Source: a plasmid. Taken from it: a stretch of DNA of 64,000 bases. The notes beneath the pieces are model-generated. The model had not been told where the DNA came from. It saw only the letters and a program-made list of their open reading frames with translations, and made no database searches. Location of the stretch: the sequence record NZ_CP104589.1; one strand, 5' to 3'. Every line of letters begins with the position of its first letter. Within the stretch, counting starts at the first letter, position 1. The position numbers and the translations under genes were made by a program. Of this stretch, positions 1-11,597 are shown one piece after another.

Positions 1-5
1 GAATT

Positions 6-443
6 TTGATGGGGAATCTGAGACGAGCTGGCGAATATTACAACCTGTCTTCCCTCGTGGAGCGGGTTGCGCCTGGCAAGTTGATAGATGAGCTGATCAA
101 GGTTCAACACAATTGTGTGTCGGACTCACGGACGTATCGAGGCAACCTGGTCCGTGTGGCACACGAAAAATTGCTTGTATTCAGAAAGCTGCAGGCCTCC
201 CTGTTTTTGCTGGGGACTATGCAGCGGCGGGCTGAAGCCATGACAGGTATCACCTGGCGGGCAGCGGTTCGCAGGGTGCTCCAAGGCAACAAGACCCTTC
301 ACCTGAAGGAAATCAATGCTGCGGTTGAGCCCTTCGCGAAGACCAAAAGCAACAACCATTGGGCGGCAAAGGTGCGCCAGGTTCTGCAGGACGAGCGTTA
401 TTTCGTCCGTGTTGAACCAGGTGTGTACCGCCTCGCTGCCTAA
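6..443 (+). CDS. hypothetical protein, possibly 5'-truncated by the window edge; C-terminal winged-helix resembling the Mrr-N/HARE-HTH fold
   Basis: ORF in track; C-terminal ...YFVRVEPGVYRL pattern typical of Mrr-N-type wHTH domains; recall only. Confidence 0.4.
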   Translation: MMGNLRRAGEYYNLSSLVERVAPGKLIDELIKVQHNCVSDSRTYRGNLVRVAHEKLLVFRKLQASLFLLGTMQRRAEAMTGITWRAAVRRVLQGNKTLHLKEINAAVEPFAKTKSNNHWAAKVRQVLQDERYFVRVEPGVYRLAA

Positions 444-522
444 ACCTCCCAGCCGGGAGATACCACCCAAGAGGGGCCATCCCTCTTGGGCTGGCTCCTT
501 TCTCAGTGAGTAAGGAGAAATC

Positions 523-1512
523 ATGAATAACCAAGCTGCTGCACCGCTGATGCCGTTCCGTGTCTACCTGCTTGAACAGGACACTGAGGGGTTCAGCGAA
601 ACGATTTTCATCGCTCACGCCGAGGATATGGCTCATGCCATTGAGCAGGCGCGCAATGCTTACCCGGGCTGTAGCGTGAACTGGATTGGCTCCCATGGGG
701 CTAACTGGTTTCTCGCTCAAGGTCAGGCTGAGCATGTAGCGATGGATGAGGACGGGGAGTGGGGATTCATTATCCGCTTCGACGTTCCAGAAGACGTTGA
801 AGATGAATGTGAGCTCGATGACTACAGCTACAGGGTCGAAGAGTGGCGGGGTGGCGACATCGTGGATACCTACGATGCTCCAACCTACCAGGCCGCTCGT
901 GAGTGGATCTCGCGGGAACACCGAGGACATTGCTCAAGCCGTTACAGCTTGGCCGCCCTGTGCGACCTCTGGAACGAACTGAGTGATACCCCGGTAACCG
1001 ATGGCGGCTACCTGGACCAAGCCTTCCTGTTCTTCCCTCGTGGCGTACATCGCGAAGAAGTCTGGCACTGGTTCGAGTCTGTGAATCCAGCCTTCAAGGC
1101 AGGTGAAGCAGGTGGCTTTATCGGGGGTGATCATCCGTACCGCTCAGCAAATCGGGAGCAGTCGACGACCGATACCAAACGAGAGGCGTTTATCCGGGAA
1201 TCGGTTGCCGATATCCCGCCCGTGCCCTGTGAGTTTCAGAAGGGGGACGTGGTGACGGTGCTCAACGGTATGGGAGTCGAAATCAAGGGGAAAAGAATCC
1301 TGGGATTTGTTCGGGAGATTGACCCTGATTGGCGACCGAAAGCGTTCGTCTACCTGGATTGGGACTGCTACTGGTTCCCGGTTGAAGTAGAGAGGCTGAC
1401 CCTGGAGAGCCAGGACCTTTGTTCGTCCTGCAACTCACCAGCAGAAAACATCATCGGGTGTCCCGATGGTGCCGAGCTGTGCTCGCAGTGCTTCGATAGC
1501 TCGAACCACTGA
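523..1512 (+). CDS. hypothetical protein with Cys-rich C-terminus (CxxC...CxxC)
   Basis: 329-aa ORF with RBS AAGGAGA 7 nt upstream; no recognisable family. Confidence 0.5.
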   Translation: MNNQAAAPLMPFRVYLLEQDTEGFSETIFIAHAEDMAHAIEQARNAYPGCSVNWIGSHGANWFLAQGQAEHVAMDEDGEWGFIIRFDVPEDVEDECELDDYSYRVEEWRGGDIVDTYDAPTYQAAREWISREHRGHCSSRYSLAALCDLWNELSDTPVTDGGYLDQAFLFFPRGVHREEVWHWFESVNPAFKAGEAGGFIGGDHPYRSANREQSTTDTKREAFIRESVADIPPVPCEFQKGDVVTVLNGMGVEIKGKRILGFVREIDPDWRPKAFVYLDWDCYWFPVEVERLTLESQDLCSSCNSPAENIIGCPDGAELCSQCFDSSNH

Positions 1513-1613
1513 AACATAACCGGCCTGGGGCAATGCCTCAGGTCATAACCATACCCAACGGGGGAGAAATCCCCCGGATGGGGCTTCTCCTCCAGGGACG
1601 ATAGGAGAAGTCG

Positions 1614-1859
1614 ATGAACGCAATCCTCGAAGCTGCGCGTCTCCAAGGTGACGCCGAAATCACGCGAAAGGCACTGGCCTGCAGCGGTAAGAAAAAAGTC
1701 CACATCTGGGAGCTCGCCAGTGGCGAAGTGATCATGTTGCGTCATGTCCAAGGCGAAGGTTTCAAGCAGCCGGTAAAGCTGCAAGAGCCTTTGGAACTTG
1801 TGGTCGACAGGTTTCGTGAAAAACGAGGCCACCGGGTCATCTCGGCTCAGGTCATCTGA
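1614..1859 (+). CDS. hypothetical small protein
   Basis: 81-aa ORF with GGAGAAG RBS, followed by a terminator. Confidence 0.45.
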   Translation: MNAILEAARLQGDAEITRKALACSGKKKVHIWELASGEVIMLRHVQGEGFKQPVKLQEPLELVVDRFREKRGHRVISAQVI

Positions 1860-1864
1860 CACCA

Positions 1865-1890
1865 GCGCGCCCTCCGGGGCGCTTTTTTTT
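1865..1890 (+). terminator. rho-independent terminator (GCGCCC-tccg-GGGCGC + T8)
   Basis: GC stem-loop followed by TTTTTTTT. Confidence 0.5.
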
Positions 1891-2224
1891 GCTCGTAATA
1901 CTTGAGCGCAACACGCCAATCGGTATAATCGAGCCATTCAAGGCAAAAGCCTTCTGCAACACCTCCCCGCGCCTCAGCGCTAAGAATCTTCGCCAAGTGC
2001 ATGCTGCACTTAGCAAGAGCCTGAACCACCTATGTGGCCAGGCACCCAAAACCACCTATGTGGTTTTGATCAAGTCAAGTCGTACTTCAATCGACTCAAC
2101 CAAAAAGCCACAACGCATTGACCCTATGGGTTCTTTTCGTATGTGCGCAAATCAAACCCGCAGCGGGGATTAACATCCCTGCCGGGTGTTTCTCCGTCTG
2201 CACTTTGCTCAATGGAGAAACACA

Positions 2225-2359
2225 ATGAAAATGCTCGTAATCGCTATGGCCGTTGTAATTGGTGGCATCCAAGTAGGCTTTAAGGCATTCGACGCTGGCG
2301 TTGCTTCGGTTGAAAAAACTGAAGTCGCTCAAACCATCAAAGCCCGTCAGGCGCTCTGA
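2225..2359 (+). CDS. putative 44-aa membrane peptide
   Basis: ATG preceded by GGAGAAA; hydrophobic MKMLVIAMAVVIGGI...; below the ORF-track size cutoff. Confidence 0.3.
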   Translation: MKMLVIAMAVVIGGIQVGFKAFDAGVASVEKTEVAQTIKARQAL

Positions 2360-2420
2360 TTGAAACTAACCCAGTGGGGAACAATCCTCACTGGGTTGTT
2401 CTCGCATCAGGAGCTTGGCC

Positions 2421-2576
2421 ATGATTTATCACAATGCAATCGACGCTATTCGTAGCGCCGAATTCTTTGCGTCAAAATCAAATCTTGCTTATGCACTGTA
2501 CAGTGCTGGCAGTGGCTTTATCGTTGCATGTCTAGTTCACGCCAATGGGCGCGAGTTAGAAATAATTAAACCCTGA
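2421..2576 (+). CDS. putative small protein (51 aa)
   Basis: ATG with AGGAG 7 nt upstream; read by eye. Confidence 0.25.
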   Translation: MIYHNAIDAIRSAEFFASKSNLAYALYSAGSGFIVACLVHANGRELEIIKP

Positions 2577-2632
2577 CGGGAGGTATCCCGTTAGGGCCAC
2601 CTCTTTGTCATACAAAAACAATGAGGTGAAAA

Positions 2633-2857
2633 ATGTTCAAAAAAGTGTTTATAGATTGGTTTGTGGACCTACTCAAAGGAGTTGGTGGGAGCTTGTTGGC
2701 AGGTGCGCTCGTGTTGATCGTGACCCCTGCTTACGACCCTCTGACCTTTACCTTCACCGTGGTGGTAGGTGCTATGATGTACATAGCCGCGCTTGTGCTC
2801 GGCTTGGTCATGGCAATTCCTGAGAGTCCAGAAGCCAAAGCATCGAAGGATGATTGA
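2633..2857 (+). CDS. small membrane protein (74 aa)
   Basis: GAGGTGA RBS; two predicted transmembrane helices. Confidence 0.45.
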   Translation: MFKKVFIDWFVDLLKGVGGSLLAGALVLIVTPAYDPLTFTFTVVVGAMMYIAALVLGLVMAIPESPEAKASKDD

Positions 2858-2858
2858 A

Positions 2859-2972
2859 ATGAACATGATCTACGCGGTATCAGGCATCGTCGTTTTCGTC
2901 GCCGCAGCTGGAATCATCGGCTACCTGGTAGCTGACCGGCTCGACAAGAAATACGGCACCGATCACCCTTAG
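2859..2972 (+). CDS. putative 37-aa membrane peptide
   Basis: ATG 1 nt after the upstream stop; single hydrophobic helix. Confidence 0.3.
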   Translation: MNMIYAVSGIVVFVAAAGIIGYLVADRLDKKYGTDHP

Positions 2973-3094
2973 ATTCAACACGGTTGAGTAGTTACCTGCT
3001 CAACCGATAGCTTTCGGCTGGTCATCCCTCGTGGGTGATCCACCAGAGCCCTCTGCCAAGAGGCCTCCGGGGATCACCCACCAGGAGAATAATG

Positions 3095-3316
3095 ATGACC
3101 ACCAAGCAAGAATCCTATGCACTGTACTGCCCTGAACTGAAAGAGCTGATGATCGACTCTGGCCGCACTTTCCGCGTACCAGATCCGATTGCAGCCACAG
3201 TCAACCCTGGCAACCTTGACACTCGATTCGTTAAGGCCTGGGCTATGCTCCACAAGCTGATTCCTGCCTCCGGGGAAGTTTCTGTCTTGGAAGCGCAGCT
3301 CGCTGAGGTGGCGTAA
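3095..3316 (+). CDS. hypothetical protein
   Basis: start MMTTKQ with AGGAGA RBS; followed by a terminator. Confidence 0.45.
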   Translation: MTTKQESYALYCPELKELMIDSGRTFRVPDPIAATVNPGNLDTRFVKAWAMLHKLIPASGEVSVLEAQLAEVA

Positions 3317-3332
3317 GTGCAACCAGCCCCAA

Positions 3333-3364
3333 CCCCGGCAGAACCCCTGCCGGGGTTTTTCTTT
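3333..3364 (+). terminator. rho-independent terminator
   Basis: CCCCGGCAG-aacc-CTGCCGGGG followed by TTTTT. Confidence 0.5.
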
Positions 3365-3453
3365 GCCTGCAAAAAAGTGGTCACATAAGCGCCCTCTTCG
3401 CAGGGGCGTTTCTCTAGCATCAGCGTATTGATCTATACCTGGTGAATTGATCC

Positions 3454-4477
3454 ATGCGCGCACGCACCAAGCTCCACCTCAAACGCCTCGCGGTGTCTGT
3501 CATTACGGCCCTTCAGCTCAACACTGTTGCGTTTCATGCATGGGCCGACTCGATTGCTGCCAGCGCAAATCTAGGCCAGCAGACCGCTCGCATTGTTACC
3601 CAAGAGTTCGACCCGACAGCTGCTCAGATGACGCTCCAGGATCTATTTCCAGACTTGGTGGGCGGTGATGTCACAGAGTTAGAGGATGTGTACGGCGACG
3701 AGACGAGCACTATGAGCCTCGGCATCCAAGCCAACTCACGGCTTCAGGGTGAGCAATCAATGGAGGGCGAGGCTTACCGCACACTCAACGGATCTCTGCA
3801 GAAAGTATCGCCTGATCTTTCAAACGACCCGATGTTCAATACGGCAGATAAAGTCCGCGATGCTGATTTTATGGCAGGTTTTAAGGAAAACTTTGCCGAC
3901 TGTAAAAGAACAGACGTATTTGAAGAGGTTACTGGCAGCGCTCATGTAGCAAACTATAAGACTTGCGAAAGGGTTGTTGACCAAGGCGGGAATGTAAAAT
4001 TTATTCACGACTACAAAGTGGGTGTCGTTGAATATGTTTCAGGCCAGCCAAATTATCAATCATGTGGTGTGGGCTGCCTGTATATCTGGGTGGGTACAGT
4101 AGGCGATAACTACTGGGGCGGCACGTGCCGGATTTTCCAGGAATATACTCGTTTCAGAGTCATCAACAAAGAAGCGATAACGTCAGCTGTAATTGAGCGA
4201 GCCACATTTGACGATTACTTTCAGATCTACTTTAACGATGACTTGATTTGGACCCACACCCCGGGAGTTTTCCCGCCTGAGACTGCAGGTCCATGCGAAA
4301 GATCGACCAGCTGGAATGTCAATCCAAACCGAAACGTAACAGAACAATTTAAGAGCGCAGATGATGTTATCACTTTCAAAACCAGAACATCCGTAACTGG
4401 TGGCGGTGAAGGCTATGCTCGGATTCGCATCAACTATGACCCAGCTAAAGCAGTAGTCGATAACGGATGGGGCCCAG
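3454..4477 (+). pseudogene. secreted Cys-containing hypothetical protein, 3'-truncated by Tn21-like insertion
   Basis: N-terminal signal peptide; the reading frame continues into the transposon IR at 4478-4515, so the last residues are IR-encoded. Confidence 0.55.
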
Positions 4478-4515
4478 AAGGGGCGAATAGAGAAAACGGA
4501 AAAAATCGTACGCTA
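4478..4515. repeat. 38-bp terminal inverted repeat (IRtnp) of the Tn21-subfamily transposon
   Basis: GGGGCGAATAGAGAAAACGGAAAAAATCGTACGCTAAG matches the Tn21/Tn501-type IR consensus; the tnpA stop lies inside it. Confidence 0.75.
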
Positions 4516-7479
4516 AGGTTTTCCGGGCAGCCTTAGCGGCCGAAACTTCCCGTCCTCCAGCCTGCGGCTCTGCCGCCAGACATAATCGCCGGTCAGATTG
4601 ATGTGCTCCCACCCCAGCGGCGACAGGTATTGCAGCAGCTCACCATCCACCGACTTCCCCGCATCGCCCATCGCCTGGGTGGCGCGCTCCAAGTACACCG
4701 TGTTCCACAACACGATGGCGGCCGTCACCAGGTTGAGGCCACTGGCCCGGTAGCGCTGCTGCTCGAAGCTCCGATCCCTGATCTCGCCGAGGCGGTTGAA
4801 GAACACCGCCCTGGCCAGGGAGTTGCGGGCTTCGCCCTTGTTCAGTCCAGCATGCACGCGCCGGCGCAGCTCGACGCTTTGCAACCAATCGAGGATGAAA
4901 AGCGTGCGCTCGATCCGGCCCAGCTCGCGCAGGGCCACGGCCAGGCCGTTCTGGCGCGGATAGCTGCCGAGCTTGCGCAGCATCAGCGAGGCGGTGACCG
5001 TGCCCTGCTTGATCGAGCTGGCCAGGCGCAGGATGTCGTCCCAATGGGCGCGGACGTGCTTGATGTTCAGGGTGCCGCCAACCATTGGGCGCAATGTCGG
5101 GTAGTCCTGGACGCTATTCGGAACATACAGCTTGGTTTCTCCGAGGTCGCGGATGCGCGGTGCGAAGCGGAAGCCCAGCAGGTGCATCAGGGCGAAGACA
5201 TGATCGGTGAAGCCAGCCGTGTCAGTGTAGTGCTCCTCGATCCGCAAGTCGGACTCGTGGTACAGCAGACCGTCGAGCACATAGGTAGAGTCGCGCACGC
5301 CGACATTCACCACGCGGGTGCTGAACGGTGCGTACTGGTCGGAGATGTGGGTGTAGAACAGCCGCCCCGGCTCGCTGCCGTACTTCGGGTTGACGTGGCC
5401 GGTGCTTTCGCCTCGACCACCCGCCCGGAAGCGCTGGCCATCGGAAGAAGAGGTCGTGCCGTCGCCCCAGTGAGCGGCGAAGGTATGACGGTACTGGTGG
5501 TTGACCAGCTCGGCCAGGGCCGCCGAGTAGGTTTCGTCTCGGATGTGCCAGGCTTGCAGCCAGGACAGCTTGGCGTAGGTCAGGCCGGGGCTCGACTCGG
5601 CCATCTTGGTCAGCCCGAGGTTGATTGCATCGCCCAGGATCGCTGACAGCAGCAATGTCCGGTCTTTGGCCTCGGCACCGTCCTTCAGGTGTGTGAAGTG
5701 GCGGCTGAAGCCCGTCCAGTCGTCCACGTCCATCAGCAGTTCGGTGATCTTGATGCGCGGCAGCAAATGGCTGGTCTGGTCGATCAGCGCCTGCGCGGTA
5801 TTGGGCACCGCGGAATCCAGCGGGGTGATCTTCAGCCCGGACTCGGTGAGGATGGCATCGGGCAGCTCGTTGTCCTTGGCCAGGCGGGTGACGGTGGCCA
5901 GCTGCTCGTCCAGCAGCTGCAAGCGCTCTTCCAGGTACTGGTTGCTGTTCGGGTTGATCGCCAGGGGCAGAGCCTGCGCATGCTTGAGCGCGGCGAACCT
6001 CTCTGCCGGCAGCAGGTAGTCGTCGAAGTCGCGGAACTGCCGCGAGCCCTTGACCCAGATGTCACCGGAGCGCAGCGCGTTCTTCAGCTCGGACAGGGCG
6101 CAGATTTCGTAGAAGCGCCGGTCGAGGCCTTCCGGGGTTATCACTAGCGGCTTCCAGCGCGGCTTGATGAAGGCGGTGGGCGCATCGGCCGGCACCTTGC
6201 GCAGGTTGTAGGCGTTCATCTCGCTCAGGGTCTGCACGGCTGCCAGCACGCCTTGCGCAGCCGGGGCAGCGCGCAGTTCCAGCACCTCCAGCAAGGCCGG
6301 CGTGTAACGGCGCAGAGTGGCGAAGTTCTCGCCGACCAGGTGCAGATGGTCGAAGCCTTCCGGCCGGGCCAGCAGCTCGGCCTCGCTGACGCTCTCGGTG
6401 AACTCGTCCCAGGGAATCACCGCCTCAATGGCGGCATAGGGATCGCTACCGCTTTCCTTGGCTTCCAGCAGAGCCTGGCCGATCTTCGAGTACAGGCGCA
6501 CCTTGTCGTTGATCGCCTTGCCCTGCTTCTGGAACTGCTGCTGATGCTTGTGCTTCGCGCTGCTGAACAGCTTGACCAGGATACGGTCGTGCAGATCGAC
6601 CAACTCATCAATCACCGTCGCGGTGCTCTCCAGCACCACGGCGGCCAGGGTCGCGTAGCGTCGCTGCGGCTCGAACTTGCCGAGGTCTTTGGGCGTCATC
6701 TGCCCACCCTCGCGGGCCAGCTTGAGCAGGCGGTTCTGGTGGATGTGTCGGCCCAGGCCTTCGGGCAAGTCCACCAGCTGAAATGTCTTCAGCCGCTCGA
6801 TGTGTTCGAGCATGTGGCGGGAGTTCGGTTTCAGCGGTGCCTGTCGCAGCCAGGTCAACCAGGTGATGCTGCTGCCGGCCTTGAGCTTCAACAGCTCGTC
6901 CAGCTTGGCCCGATGCGAGTCCGTGAGTGGTTCGACCAGGGCGCGGTAGACTCGGCGATTGGCCCGCGCAATGGCCTCCGAACAAGCTCGATCAATTACG
7001 CTCAACGCCGGCAGAATGCGCCGCTTCTGTCGCAGGCTCTCCAGGGCCTGACCGGCCAGCAGTAAGCCCTTGTCGGTCTGCTGGGCCAACTCGGTCAGCT
7101 CGCGCACCAGGGCGCGGAAGTCGGACAGGCCGAACGGGGCCAGTTGTAGGTAGGTGCGCAGTTCCTGGGCGTGCTCGCGGCGAGTCACGTCGCGTTCGCC
7201 GTACTTCAACCAACTCGCCGGGTCGGCCTGAACTTGCTTGGCCACCCACTGGATGACCGGCTCGGGCGGCTCGCTGTCGGTGCCCAACGCATAGCCGGGG
7301 TAGCGCAGCAGGCTGAGCTGCACCGCGAAGCCCAGGCGGTTGGCGTCGCCGCGCCGCTGGCGGATCAGCGACAGGTCGGAGTCGTTGAAGGTGTAGTAGC
7401 GGATCAGGTCATCCTGGCTTTCCGGCAACGCAAGCAAGGTGTCGCGCTCCGTAGCCGAGAGAATCGAGCGACGCGGCAT
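4513..7479 (-). CDS. tnpA: Tn21-subfamily Tn3-family transposase TnpA (988 aa)
   Basis: [31 protein letters not shown]... recalled as the Tn21/Tn1696-type TnpA; length 988 aa. Confidence 0.95.
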   Translation of the reverse strand: MPRRSILSATERDTLLALPESQDDLIRYYTFNDSDLSLIRQRRGDANRLGFAVQLSLLRYPGYALGTDSEPPEPVIQWVAKQVQADPASWLKYGERDVTRREHAQELRTYLQLAPFGLSDFRALVRELTELAQQTDKGLLLAGQALESLRQKRRILPALSVIDRACSEAIARANRRVYRALVEPLTDSHRAKLDELLKLKAGSSITWLTWLRQAPLKPNSRHMLEHIERLKTFQLVDLPEGLGRHIHQNRLLKLAREGGQMTPKDLGKFEPQRRYATLAAVVLESTATVIDELVDLHDRILVKLFSSAKHKHQQQFQKQGKAINDKVRLYSKIGQALLEAKESGSDPYAAIEAVIPWDEFTESVSEAELLARPEGFDHLHLVGENFATLRRYTPALLEVLELRAAPAAQGVLAAVQTLSEMNAYNLRKVPADAPTAFIKPRWKPLVITPEGLDRRFYEICALSELKNALRSGDIWVKGSRQFRDFDDYLLPAERFAALKHAQALPLAINPNSNQYLEERLQLLDEQLATVTRLAKDNELPDAILTESGLKITPLDSAVPNTAQALIDQTSHLLPRIKITELLMDVDDWTGFSRHFTHLKDGAEAKDRTLLLSAILGDAINLGLTKMAESSPGLTYAKLSWLQAWHIRDETYSAALAELVNHQYRHTFAAHWGDGTTSSSDGQRFRAGGRGESTGHVNPKYGSEPGRLFYTHISDQYAPFSTRVVNVGVRDSTYVLDGLLYHESDLRIEEHYTDTAGFTDHVFALMHLLGFRFAPRIRDLGETKLYVPNSVQDYPTLRPMVGGTLNIKHVRAHWDDILRLASSIKQGTVTASLMLRKLGSYPRQNGLAVALRELGRIERTLFILDWLQSVELRRRVHAGLNKGEARNSLARAVFFNRLGEIRDRSFEQQRYRASGLNLVTAAIVLWNTVYLERATQAMGDAGKSVDGELLQYLSPLGWEHINLTGDYVWRQSRRLEDGKFRPLRLPGKP

Positions 7480-7482
7480 GGT

Positions 7483-8043
7483 TCAGTCGTCCTTGCGAAG
7501 GTACTGATAGAGGGTTTCTCGGCTGATGCCGAACTCGCGGGCGAGCTGCGCCTTCGGCTCGCCCGCAGCGGCCCGCTGCCGCAGCGTGATGGCTTGCTCG
7601 TCGGAGAGGGCTTTCTTGCGGCCCCGGTAGGCACCGCGCTGCTTGGCCAGGGCGATGCCCTCGCGCTGCCGCTCGCGAATCAGGGCGCGCTCAAACTCGG
7701 CAAAGGCCCCCATGACCGACAGCATCAGGTTGGCCATCGGCGAGTCCTCGCCGGTGAACACCAGGCCTTCCTTCAAGAACTCGATGCGCACACCGCGCTG
7801 GGTCAGCTTCTGCACCAGGCGGCGCAAATCATCGAGGTTTCGTGCCAGGCGATCCATGCTGTGCACCACCACGGTGTCGCCTTCGCGAACGAAACCGAGC
7901 ATGGCCTCCAGCTGGGGACGCTGGGTGTCCTTGCCCGAGGCTTTGTCGGTGAACAGCTTGCCGACCTCGACCTGTTCAAGTTGGCGTTCCGGGTTCTGGT
8001 CGAAGCTGCTGACCCGGACGTAACCGATGCGTTGTCCCTGCAA
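7483..8043 (-). CDS. tnpR: Tn21-type serine resolvase TnpR (TTG start, 186 aa)
   Basis: QGQRIGYVRVSSFDQNPERQLEQ... near-identical to Tn21 TnpR as recalled; the ORF-track N-terminal extension was rejected. Confidence 0.9.
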   Translation of the reverse strand: MQGQRIGYVRVSSFDQNPERQLEQVEVGKLFTDKASGKDTQRPQLEAMLGFVREGDTVVVHSMDRLARNLDDLRRLVQKLTQRGVRIEFLKEGLVFTGEDSPMANLMLSVMGAFAEFERALIRERQREGIALAKQRGAYRGRKKALSDEQAITLRQRAAAGEPKAQLAREFGISRETLYQYLRKDD

Positions 8044-8215
8044 GATGCCTCCATGGGCTGGATGGGCGGCAGGGCTTGCGTTGGTTTTTGGTTCCATTGC
8101 GCCCGAAGCCTTGAATTTGTCAGGCTGAAATCTATGACCTTGGCAAGCATGTGTCAAAGAATGTGAAAGCGGACTCTATTCTGACGGCGTGATGCGCCTT
8201 GCCTGACATCCAGTT
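8044..8215. promoter_or_regulatory. res region of the Tn21-like element, ending at the integron IRi; contains an IR-like fragment at about 8075-8105
   Basis: position between tnpR and IRi, consistent with an integron inserted into res. Confidence 0.45.
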
Positions 8216-8240
8216 TGTCGTTTTCAGAAGACGGCTGCAC
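8216..8240. repeat. class 1 integron IRi (25 bp)
   Basis: exact TGTCGTTTTCAGAAGACGGCTGCAC. Confidence 0.8.
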
Positions 8241-8417
8241 TGAACGTCAGAAGCCGACTGCACTATAGCAGCGGAGGGGTTGGATCCATCAGGCAACGAC
8301 GGGCTGCTGCCGGCCATCAGCGGACGCAGGGAGGACTTTCCGCAACCGGCCGTTCGATGCGGCACCGATGGCCTTCGCGCAGGGGTAGTGAATCCGCCAG
8401 GATTGACTTGCGCTGCC

Positions 8418-9431
8418 CTACCTCTCACTAGTGAGGGGCGGCAGCGCATCAAGCGGTGAGCGCACTCCGGCACCGCCAACTTTCAGCACATGCGTGTAAA
8501 TCATCGTCGTAGAGACGTCGGAATGGCCGAGCAGATCCTGCACGGTTCGAATGTCGTAACCGCTGCGGAGCAAGGCCGTCGCGAACGAGTGGCGGAGGGT
8601 GTGCGGTGTGGCGGGCTTCGTGATGCCTGCTTGTTCTACGGCACGTTTGAAGGCGCGCTGAAAGGTCTGGTCATACATGTGATGGCGACGCACGACACCG
8701 CTCCGTGGATCGGTCGAATGCGTGTGCTGCGCAAAAACCCAGAACCACGGCCAGGAATGCCCGGCGCGCGGATACTTCCGCTCAAGGGCGTCGGGAAGCG
8801 CAACGCCGCTGCGGCCCTCGGCCTGGTCCTTCAGCCACCATGCCCGTGCACGCGACAGCTGCTCGCGCAGGCTGGGTGCCAAGCTCTCGGGTAACATCAA
8901 GGCCCGATCCTTGGAGCCCTTGCCCTCCCGCACGATGATCGTGCCGTGATCGAAATCCAGATCCTTGACCCGCAGTTGCAAACCCTCACTGATCCGCATG
9001 CCCGTTCCATACAGAAGCTGGGCGAACAAACGATGCTCGCCTTCCAGAAAACCGAGGATGCGAACCACTTCATCCGGGGTCAGCACCACCGGCAAGCGCC
9101 GCGACGGCCGAGGTCTTCCGATCTCCTGAAGCCAGGGCAGATCCGTGCACAGCACCTTGCCGTAGAAGAACAGCAAGGCCGCCAATGCCTGACGATGCGT
9201 GGAGACCGAAACCTTGCGCTCGTTCGCCAGCCAGGACAGAAATGCCTCGACTTCGCTGCTGCCCAAGGTTGCCGGGTGACGCACACCGTGGAAACGGATG
9301 AAGGCACGAACCCAGTGGACATAAGCCTGTTCGGTTGGTAAGCTGTAATGCAAGTAGCGTATGCGCTCACGCAACTGGTCCAGAACCTTGACCGAACGCA
9401 GCGGTGGTAACGGCGCAGTGGCGGTTTTCAT
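8418..9431 (-). CDS. intI1: class 1 integron integrase IntI1 (337 aa)
   Basis: [30 protein letters not shown]... canonical IntI1. Confidence 0.97.
   Translation of the reverse strand: MKTATAPLPPLRSVKVLDQLRERIRYLHYSLPTEQAYVHWVRAFIRFHGVRHPATLGSSEVEAFLSWLANERKVSVSTHRQALAALLFFYGKVLCTDLPWLQEIGRPRPSRRLPVVLTPDEVVRILGFLEGEHRLFAQLLYGTGMRISEGLQLRVKDLDFDHGTIIVREGKGSKDRALMLPESLAPSLREQLSRARAWWLKDQAEGRSGVALPDALERKYPRAGHSWPWFWVFAQHTHSTDPRSGVVRRHHMYDQTFQRAFKRAVEQAGITKPATPHTLRHSFATALLRSGYDIRTVQDLLGHSDVSTTMIYTHVLKVGGAGVRSPLDALPPLTSER
9316..9344 (+). promoter_or_regulatory. cassette promoter Pc, weak variant with TGN-10 (TGGACA-N17-TAAGCT preceded by TGG); P2 inactive (no GGG insertion)
   Basis: TGGACA at 9316-9321 and TTGGTAAGCT at 9335-9344; downstream TTGTTA-N14-TACAGT lacks the GGG insertion. 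Confidence 0.6.
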
Positions 9432-9499
9432 GGCTTGTTATGACTGTTTTTTTGTACAGTCTATGCCTCGGGCATCCAAGCAGCAAGCGCGTTACGCCG

Positions 9500-9576
9500 T
9501 GGGTCGATGTTTGATGTTATGGAGCAGCAACGATGTTACGCAGCAGGGCAGTCGCCCTAAAACAAAGTTAGCGCCC
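9500..9576. other. attI1 recombination site
   Basis: ...GCCCTAAAACAAAGTTAG immediately before the first cassette. Confidence 0.6.
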
Positions 9577-9974
9577 ATGGAAGGTATCAGCCACATCACG
9601 CTTATTGTCCGCGACCTCTCGCGCATGACCACCTTCCTTTGCGATGGTCTCGGTGCGCGAGAGGTTTATGACAGTGCTGGCCACAATTACTCGCTTTCCC
9701 GCGAGAAATTCTTTGTCCTTGGTGGCGTTTGGTTGGCCGCTATGGAGGGAGTGCCGCCATCTGAGCGCTCCTATCAGCATGTCGCCTTTCGGGTGAGTGA
9801 GTCAGATCTTGCCGTATATCAGGCAAGACTTGGGTCGCTGGGCGTGGAGATTCGCCCACCCAGGCCACGCGTGAATGGAGAGGGGCTGTCCCTGTACTTC
9901 TATGATTTTGACAACCATCTGTTTGAGCTGCACACCGGCACATTGGAGCAGCGCCTTGCCAGGTACGGAGCTGG

Positions 9975-9981
<7 letters not shown>
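9577..9981 (+). CDS. FosX/FosE-like fosfomycin resistance cassette (glyoxalase/VOC fold)
   Basis: MEGISHITLIVRDL...RPRVNGEGLSLYFYDFDNHLFELHTGTLEQRL matches the FosX family along its full length; starts 6 nt after the attI1 crossover. Confidence 0.8.
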
Positions 9982-10860
<879 letters not shown>

Positions 10861-10867
10861 CAGGCAG

Positions 10868-10944
10868 ATGCGGCATAACATGAAGTTGCAGCCGACCATC
10901 ACTCCGCTGCGCTCCGTTCTGGCGGCTGAACTTCGGCGTTAGGC
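10868..10944. other. attC of the blaVIM cassette
   Basis: ends in GTTAGGC followed by the canonical aacA4 cassette start ATCACAAAGTACAGCATC. Confidence 0.45.
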
Positions 10945-10962
10945 ATCACAAAGTACAGCATC

Positions 10963-11517
10963 GTGACCAACAGCAACGATTCCGTCACACTGCGCCTCAT
11001 GACTGAGCATGACCTTGCGATGCTCTATGAGTGGCTAAATCGATCTCATATCGTCGAGTGGTGGGGCGGAGAAGAAGCACGCCCGACACTTGCTGACGTA
11101 CAGGAACAGTACTTGCCAAGCGTTTTAGCGCAAGAGTCCGTCACTCCATACATTGCAATGCTGAATGGAGAGCCGATTGGGTATGCCCAGTCGTACGTTG
11201 CTCTTGGAAGCGGGGACGGATGGTGGGAAGAAGAAACCGATCCAGGAGTACGCGGAATAGACCAGTCACTGGCGAATGCATCACAACTGGGCAAAGGCTT
11301 GGGAACCAAGCTGGTTCGAGCTCTGGTTGAGTTGCTGTTCAATGATCCCGAGGTCACCAAGATCCAAACGGACCCGTCGCCGAGCAACTTGCGAGCGATC
11401 CGATGCTACGAGAAAGCGGGGTTTGAGAGGCAAGGTACCGTAACCACCCCAGATGGTCCAGCCGTGTACATGGTTCAAACACGCCAGGCATTCGAGCGAA
11501 CACGCAGTGATGCCTAA
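10963..11517 (+). CDS. aacA4: aminoglycoside 6'-N-acetyltransferase AAC(6')-Ib (not the -cr variant: W102 and D179 retained)
   Basis: [36 protein letters not shown]...GDGWWEEE... Confidence 0.95.
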   Translation: MTNSNDSVTLRLMTEHDLAMLYEWLNRSHIVEWWGGEEARPTLADVQEQYLPSVLAQESVTPYIAMLNGEPIGYAQSYVALGSGDGWWEEETDPGVRGIDQSLANASQLGKGLGTKLVRALVELLFNDPEVTKIQTDPSPSNLRAIRCYEKAGFERQGTVTTPDGPAVYMVQTRQAFERTRSDA

Positions 11518-11584
11518 CCCTTCCATCGAGGGGGACGTCCAAGGGCTGGCGCCCTTGGCCGCCCCTCATGTCAAACGTTAGCCA
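11508..11584. other. attC of the aacA4 cassette
   Basis: imperfect palindrome ending in GTTAGCC. Confidence 0.45.
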
Positions 11585-11597
11585 CCAAGAAGGTGCC

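Noticed and set aside
4603-7250. Long antisense ORFs inside tnpA (for example 4603-5646, 6253-7065)
   Set aside because: High-GC antisense artefacts overlapping a well-supported transposase gene.
7483-8157. 224-aa version of tnpR with MTHACQGHRF... N-terminus
   Set aside because: The Tn21 TnpR homology begins at QGQRIGYV with a TTG start, and the extension runs into res.
9361-9576. 206-aa ORF extending the fos cassette upstream across attI1
   Set aside because: A cassette ORF cannot extend past the attI1 crossover, and FosX homology starts at 9577.
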